IMG/VR virus record: IMGVR_UViG_3300022602_000037
DNA length: 64,000 nt
Direction: 5' to 3' (one strand)
Source: a virus
The position numbers were made by a program, and so were the translations under genes. Below, piece by piece: positions 58,809 through 64,000 of the stretch (its first letter is position 1; every line of letters begins with the position of its first letter). The notes below the pieces were generated by a model. It had not been told where the DNA came from. It ran no database searches and saw only the letters and a list, made by a program, of their open reading frames with translations.

Positions 58809-59687
58809 ATGGACATGAAGCGCATACTACAGGCGATAGACGGTGTTGCTACAAAGCCTGTAGCAGGTGCTAATGACATGGCTAAATTTTTATCTATAGT
58901 AGATAAAAATGCCAGCATACAGTTATTACAAGAAGCTAAAAGTCCACACAAAGTAACATTGCCAGTACAAATGGCAATGCAACACTATCAAAAAGAAGAA
59001 ACTATTCAAAAACCAGTAGGGCGTGATAGCGTTATTAAAAAATACTTTCACGAAGCTGAACAAGAACTCCAAGAGTATCAAGTAGAACGTAAGCAATTAA
59101 TGAACCAATATGCATCAATTATTGCCGAACGTGTATTAATGAAAGAATCTGTTACTACTAACGAAAATGAAATACCCGGACATAGTATGGGATTCACTGG
59201 CGGAGTAGGACCAGGCATGGGAGATTATGAAGTGGATGAAATGTCTGTAATATTAGACAAAGACAATCCTATCAAGAGTAAAATAAATCACAAGAGCAAT
59301 CCAGGAAGTATAGAATATCGCATTATGCGAGCACGTGGGCAATTAAAAGATCTTGCGCAACAAGCAGAAAGCAATGAATTAATTGTATGGGAAAGTATTG
59401 CTAGACATTTTCCCGAATTAGCTATGAATATCGAGGAAATTAGACACGGCATCGAAGAACTAGCTAAGATACGCAAAGGCGGTGGACGTAGAGTTCACAA
59501 TATTCCAAAAGAGATAGGCGAAAATGCGATAAACACAGTCAAACAAGCCAATGCTCAAAAACGTGCAATCAAGCCAAAAAAAACAACAACAGCCTGTAAA
59601 AGTAATCAAAGACAAGTTGGAGTGCAAAATAAAAACGGCCAAGTAGTACCTAAATGTGCTGTGGTTAAAGGACCCATAGGAAAATAA
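58809..59687 (+). CDS. putative capsid-internal protein
   Basis: MDMKRILQAID; repeated xxE sites; C-terminal Cys pair. Confidence 0.65.
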   Translation: MDMKRILQAIDGVATKPVAGANDMAKFLSIVDKNASIQLLQEAKSPHKVTLPVQMAMQHYQKEETIQKPVGRDSVIKKYFHEAEQELQEYQVERKQLMNQYASIIAERVLMKESVTTNENEIPGHSMGFTGGVGPGMGDYEVDEMSVILDKDNPIKSKINHKSNPGSIEYRIMRARGQLKDLAQQAESNELIVWESIARHFPELAMNIEEIRHGIEELAKIRKGGGRRVHNIPKEIGENAINTVKQANAQKRAIKPKKTTTACKSNQRQVGVQNKNGQVVPKCAVVKGPIGK

Positions 59688-59688
59688 T

Positions 59689-62184
59689 ATGAACTTAAGA
59701 GACTTAATGAACAAACTGGATACTATTGCAGAAGCAGATGATGCTAGAGCACAGTATGATAAATTCAAAGCAGATGATGCTAAGGCAGGAGCCATTGCAC
59801 AAGTTAAAAAAATGCTGTCACCTAACGGTATGCAAAACTTCATCGATCCTAAAGATGGTATTGTTAAATGGCAGGAACAAATGAACGGAGAATCCGGAGG
59901 TCCTGGTAGTATTAGAGAATTTCCATTTGACTGGTATAAGAAAGGACAAAATGCTGATTTTTTCAATATTCTAAAAACAGCAGGGTTGGAACTAGTTCCG
60001 GTTGATAGAAAAAATTTGTTTGGTACAAGTCAAGTAGTAGGTATTAAAGGTGGTCCACAAGCATTAGCTGATTTAGGTAAACCAAAACCACCAACAGACG
60101 GCGGTGGCGGTAAACCTACAGCAGGTGCATCTACACTTACCGCAGATGCCGCGGCACTAGAAGCATTGACAAATCAATTAGATGCATTGCTAGGCGCAGG
60201 GGGCGGTGGTAAACCAGACGTTAAACCTCCTGTAACACATTTACCTCCAAATCCTCCACCAAATTGGAATCCTCCAATCAATCCTAAAACTAAAAAGCCG
60301 TTCAGTTGGGGTGAGTTTGCGGCCGCAGTAGCTGCCGGAGCTATGCCAGGTGCAATGGTAGGTGGACTACCAGGTGCTGCCATAACCGGTACTGCCGGTG
60401 GAGCAGTTGATGCATATCATCAGCTACATAACGAAAGTATTGCTAAGACACTAGCAGAGAGTTTTGGGTATCAACTAGACGACAAACAATTGAATGAAGC
60501 AGACATTAACCCATTCAATGGATTGAGTGGAATAGGAGGCCTAGGAGGTTCTCGTCCTACATCAACCATGCGAGTAGGAGGAACAAACTGGACTGCTACA
60601 GCTCATGATCCTAACTTATTCAGCAACGGACAAGGCGCTACCAAGACCTATCAAGATCTAGCTAAAGGCGGAGATGTCGCAACCCATACAGCAGGCGATG
60701 TAGAAAAAATTGCCGCTAAAACAGCAATACCAATTGAAAAAGATATCGGAACAGCTACAGCTAAAACTGTTGCTAAAACAGGCGCTAAAGATGTTATTAA
60801 GAAATTAATCCCCGGTGTTGGTCTAGTAGTTGGTACTATCGATGCTATCAAACGTGCTCAAGAAGGTGACTGGAAAGGTGCCGCAATGGCTGGTGCAAGT
60901 GGTCTATTAAGTTTAGTACCCGGTGTTGGAACAGCCGCTAGTTTAGGACTAGATGCCGCTAACATATATCGTGACTACAAAGCTGGAAAGTTTGGTGGTG
61001 GCGATGCCGGTGGATCTGGTGGTGCTCCTGGAGGTACAACCGGCGGTGATCAAAAGCTACAACAGCTACAAAAAATTATCGGTGCTAAACCAGATGGCCT
61101 AATGGGCCCAGAAACTAAAGCCAAGTTACAAGCATGGCAACAAAAGAATGGTCTAACACCAGATGGAATGCCTGGTCCACAAACTTATGGCAAAGCTGGA
61201 ATCAAAGAGACAACACAAACAGTTGCAGAAGGTATTCGCAATTTACAAGAACGTTTAGCATTAATTGAAACTAAAGCTACAATCAAAGAAAGTATTGCTG
61301 GTCGCCGTTATTTCCTAGATGAAAATTGTTTTATGTTTGACGAAAATGGTGAACAGGTTACAGATCTAGTTACTATTGCCGCTATTAACGAAGCCTACGT
61401 AAACGGTGAGGTTGAAGTAGACGAAGGTATTTGGAGTGACATAGCTTCAGGTGCCGCAAAATACGGCAAAGGTGCATATGATGCCGCTAAAGATTTTGGC
61501 GGTGCATTATTAAAGGGCGGTCGTAATCCAGAAGCGGCTGAACGTTTGGCCAAGTGGTCTGGAGTATCCGGTGCTAAGAAAGCAGGATTAAAAACTGCGG
61601 CAACTATTGCTAAAAATCCAATTAAGTCAGCGGCAGCCGCTACAGCATTAGGTGTAGGCGGTGCGGCCGCATTGGGTGGTAACAGTGGCAATACTCCAGA
61701 TACAACTAATACAGGCAATGGTGGCGGTGGTGTCGGTGGTGGCGGTGGCGGTGGTTCACCAGCCGATGCAACAGATGCAGTAACTCCAAATGCAGGTGCT
61801 GTAGATCCAAAAATTGCAGATTTAGAAAAACAAATCAAAGCATTGATGGCAAAACATGGCGATGACGATCAAGAAGCGCAAAACAGCCCTATTTGGCAAC
61901 AAGCAACATCTCATGCACAAGCTGTAATAGACAAAGCCGATAAAGTTAATCCAGCTCAAACTACAGCAGATCAACAGGCAGCTCAAACAGTTAAACCTGG
62001 ATCAGAAACACCAACAGCATCTACTACAACAGGCGCTGGAGGTGCTGGTAGTCCATCCGGTACTACTGGAGTAGTTCCTAAAAAAGGACCACCAGATTTA
62101 GATGGTAAATCACAGATTCCCGGTGTCAAAAACGAAGACTCTAGTGCAGAATTAGCTCGTTGGTTACAAATCGCTCGCGGTTAA
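59689..62184 (+). CDS. large Gly/Ala-rich protein with a peptidoglycan-binding domain, putative ejection protein
   Basis: LQ..IGAKPDGLMGPET...WQQKNGLTPDG.PGPQT (PG_binding_1-like, ~61050-61200); glycine-zipper hydrophobic segments. Confidence 0.7.
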   Translation: MNLRDLMNKLDTIAEADDARAQYDKFKADDAKAGAIAQVKKMLSPNGMQNFIDPKDGIVKWQEQMNGESGGPGSIREFPFDWYKKGQNADFFNILKTAGLELVPVDRKNLFGTSQVVGIKGGPQALADLGKPKPPTDGGGGKPTAGASTLTADAAALEALTNQLDALLGAGGGGKPDVKPPVTHLPPNPPPNWNPPINPKTKKPFSWGEFAAAVAAGAMPGAMVGGLPGAAITGTAGGAVDAYHQLHNESIAKTLAESFGYQLDDKQLNEADINPFNGLSGIGGLGGSRPTSTMRVGGTNWTATAHDPNLFSNGQGATKTYQDLAKGGDVATHTAGDVEKIAAKTAIPIEKDIGTATAKTVAKTGAKDVIKKLIPGVGLVVGTIDAIKRAQEGDWKGAAMAGASGLLSLVPGVGTAASLGLDAANIYRDYKAGKFGGGDAGGSGGAPGGTTGGDQKLQQLQKIIGAKPDGLMGPETKAKLQAWQQKNGLTPDGMPGPQTYGKAGIKETTQTVAEGIRNLQERLALIETKATIKESIAGRRYFLDENCFMFDENGEQVTDLVTIAAINEAYVNGEVEVDEGIWSDIASGAAKYGKGAYDAAKDFGGALLKGGRNPEAAERLAKWSGVSGAKKAGLKTAATIAKNPIKSAAAATALGVGGAAALGGNSGNTPDTTNTGNGGGGVGGGGGGGSPADATDAVTPNAGAVDPKIADLEKQIKALMAKHGDDDQEAQNSPIWQQATSHAQAVIDKADKVNPAQTTADQQAAQTVKPGSETPTASTTTGAGGAGSPSGTTGVVPKKGPPDLDGKSQIPGVKNEDSSAELARWLQIARG

Positions 62185-62187
62185 TTA

Positions 62188-62213
62188 AAATGGCAGATTT
62201 ATTTCTGCCATTT
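62188..62213 (+). terminator. intrinsic terminator-like hairpin
   Basis: AAATGGCAGA-TTTATT-TCTGCCATTT after the stop codon. Confidence 0.7.
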
Positions 62214-62226
62214 CCACCTCTAAGTG

Positions 62227-62255
62227 TTGCATTTATACGATAAGTAATATATAAT
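62227..62255 (+). promoter_or_regulatory. sigma70-type promoter
   Basis: TTGCAT-17 bp-TATAAT. Confidence 0.7.
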
Positions 62256-62279
62256 AGGCATATACATTAGGAGATTTAC

Positions 62280-62537
62280 ATGAGCGGTCGTTCATATGGT
62301 GCAGAAGAAAAGGCAAAATTAGAAAGATTAATCAGCGAAGGCTCTACAGTACTTCGTGAAATTGAAGATTTACAAGAAGGCTTAAAAGAAACTGTTAAAG
62401 CAGTTGCAGAAGAATTACAAGTAAAACCAAGCGTTATTAACAAAGCAATTAAAATCGCACACAAAGGCGATTGGCAGGCTTATAACGAAGATTGGGAAGA
62501 AATTGAAGCAATTTTGGATATTACAAAACGTATCTAA
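62280..62537 (+). CDS. small coiled-coil DNA-binding protein (T4 DsbA/GapR-like)
   Basis: Helical pattern EIEDLQEGLKETVKAVAEEL..KP..INKAIKIAHK; next to the DNA polymerase gene. Confidence 0.55.
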   Translation: MSGRSYGAEEKAKLERLISEGSTVLREIEDLQEGLKETVKAVAEELQVKPSVINKAIKIAHKGDWQAYNEDWEEIEAILDITKRI

Positions 62538-62549
62538 AGATAGTATAAT

Positions 62550-62609
62550 AGAAAGGTTCGCGAGCCATAAATCGCAGAAAGGTATTTGCAAGCCCTAAAT
62601 TGCATGGAG
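62550..62609 (+). ncRNA. tandem hairpin element in the DNA polymerase leader
   Basis: Two AGAAAGGT..stem-GCC(A/C)TAAA-stem units directly before the SD. Confidence 0.55.
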
Positions 62610-62619
62610 AAAAAAATTT

Positions 62620-64000
62620 ATGTCTTATATAGACGCATGGTTTGACCGCGAGAACGATATCGTTCGAGTAGTTGAACGCAATAAAAAAGGTGATCGCGAA
62701 TTTCGCGATATACCAGTTAAGCACACATTCTATGTAAAAGACCCAAGAGGGAAATTTACGTCAATTTACGGTGATCCACTCACACGTATCGTTTGTAAAA
62801 ACACAAAAGAACTACGCAAAGAACAAGCCATTAACAGTGGCAAAGAAATGTTCGAATCAGACATTAATCCAATCTTTGTAACACTAAGCGAAAACTATCT
62901 AAATCAAGATGCTCCTAAACTAAATGTAGCATTTTTCGATATTGAGGTAGACTTTGATCCAGAGCGTGGTTATGCAAGTCCAGACGATGCGTTTATGCCA
63001 ATTACTGCGATTGCTGTTTACCTACAATGGTTGGAAACTATGGTATGTTTGGCTATTCCTCCTAAAAAACTAAAGATGGCAGAAGCTAAGGAAATGGTCA
63101 AAGACTTTCCTAATACATACTTGTTTGACAATGAAGCCGATTTACTAAACATGTTTTTGGATCTCATACAAGATGCAGATATATTAAGTGGCTGGAATTC
63201 AGAAGGCTTTGATATTCCTTACACTACAAATCGTGTTACAAAAGCATTATCAAAAGAAGATACTAGACGTTTCTGTTTATTTGATCAACTGCCAAAGAAA
63301 CGTGAATACGAAAAATATGGTCGTACTAGTACAACATATGATTATATTGGTCGTGTACACTTAGACTATCTCGAGCTGTATCGCAAATACACATACGAAG
63401 AACGTCACAGTTATCGACTGGATGCTATTGCCGAATATGAATTAGGCAAACGTAAAACACAATACGAAGGTACACTTGACCAGTTATACAACAACGACTT
63501 TAAGACATTTGTTGAATATAACATCAATGACTGCAAACTACTCGACGACCTAGATAAGAAGTTAAAGTTCATGGACTTGACCAATACGTTGGCACATGAA
63601 AACACAGTATTGCTACAGACCACAATGGGTGCTGTAGCTGTAACAGAACAAGCTATTATTAACGAAGCACATCGTAGAGGTTTCCAAGTTCCTAATCGTA
63701 CTAAGATGAGTGAACGTGAAGACAATGAAGGTGCTGCCGGTGCTTATGTTGCATATCCTAAAGAAGGTATTCAAGACTGGGTCGGGTCATTAGATATTAA
63801 TAGTCTATATCCTAGTGCAATTAGAGCACTTAACATGGGTCCAGAAACTATTGTTGGTCAGCTACGTCAAACAATGACTGAAGAATATATCGAACTACAA
63901 ATAGCCAAAGGCAAGAGCTTTGCGGCCGCTTGGGAAGGTAAGTTTGGTACTGATGAATACGAAGCAGTAATGGCACAAGAGATTGGCACAGACATTACTA
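62620..64000 (+). CDS. polB: family B DNA polymerase (5' part; runs off the window; absent from the ORF track)
   Basis: Manual reading from ATG 62620 (MSYIDAWF..): FFDIEV (ExoI), SGWNSEGFDIPY (ExoII), YNINDC (ExoIII), SLDINSLYPS (motif A). Confidence 0.95.
   Translation, partial: MSYIDAWFDRENDIVRVVERNKKGDREFRDIPVKHTFYVKDPRGKFTSIYGDPLTRIVCKNTKELRKEQAINSGKEMFESDINPIFVTLSENYLNQDAPKLNVAFFDIEVDFDPERGYASPDDAFMPITAIAVYLQWLETMVCLAIPPKKLKMAEAKEMVKDFPNTYLFDNEADLLNMFLDLIQDADILSGWNSEGFDIPYTTNRVTKALSKEDTRRFCLFDQLPKKREYEKYGRTSTTYDYIGRVHLDYLELYRKYTYEERHSYRLDAIAEYELGKRKTQYEGTLDQLYNNDFKTFVEYNINDCKLLDDLDKKLKFMDLTNTLAHENTVLLQTTMGAVAVTEQAIINEAHRRGFQVPNRTKMSEREDNEGAAGAYVAYPKEGIQDWVGSLDINSLYPSAIRALNMGPETIVGQLRQTMTEEYIELQIAKGKSFAAAWEGKFGTDEYEAVMAQEIGTDIT

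Noticed and set aside
62620-64000. Apparent non-coding gap in the ORF track
   Set aside because: It is an open PolB frame with no stop before the window end; no intron or intein is evident in this part.

Overview
This AT-rich window comes from a large, T4-like (myovirus-type, probably jumbo) dsDNA phage, almost all coded on the + strand. The host is probably Gram-negative, judging from sigma70-type promoters and a spanin pair. In order, it holds: (1) small genes, a MazG-like NTP pyrophosphatase, clpP, an HExxH protein and an ATP-dependent DNA ligase; (2) three radical-SAM genes plus an SGNH-like gene; (3) queD, uvsE, Fe/Mn-SOD and iscA; (4) a ~23 kb tail/baseplate block, including a 4599-aa fibre; (5) a DnaE fragment, groES, a clamp loader, a sulfotransferase/APS-kinase cassette and phoH; (6) a lysis module (GH19 endolysin, spanins, holin); (7) dnaJ-def-clpA; (8) a ~10 kb cluster of putative capsid-internal (injected) proteins, including Dps; (9) the 5' part of a family-B DNA polymerase that the ORF track omits. 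The most notable observations are: the tagged, probably prohead-protease-processed payload cluster, with a ligase-like plus nucleotidyltransferase pair and a paralog array with identical junctions; phycobiliprotein-like CxRD repeats in the giant fibre; a holin with an FG-repeat tail; candidate structured RNAs upstream of polB, queD and phoH; a DnaE cut just before its catalytic aspartates; and a sulfation cassette. All calls come from reading motifs by eye; no database search was run.
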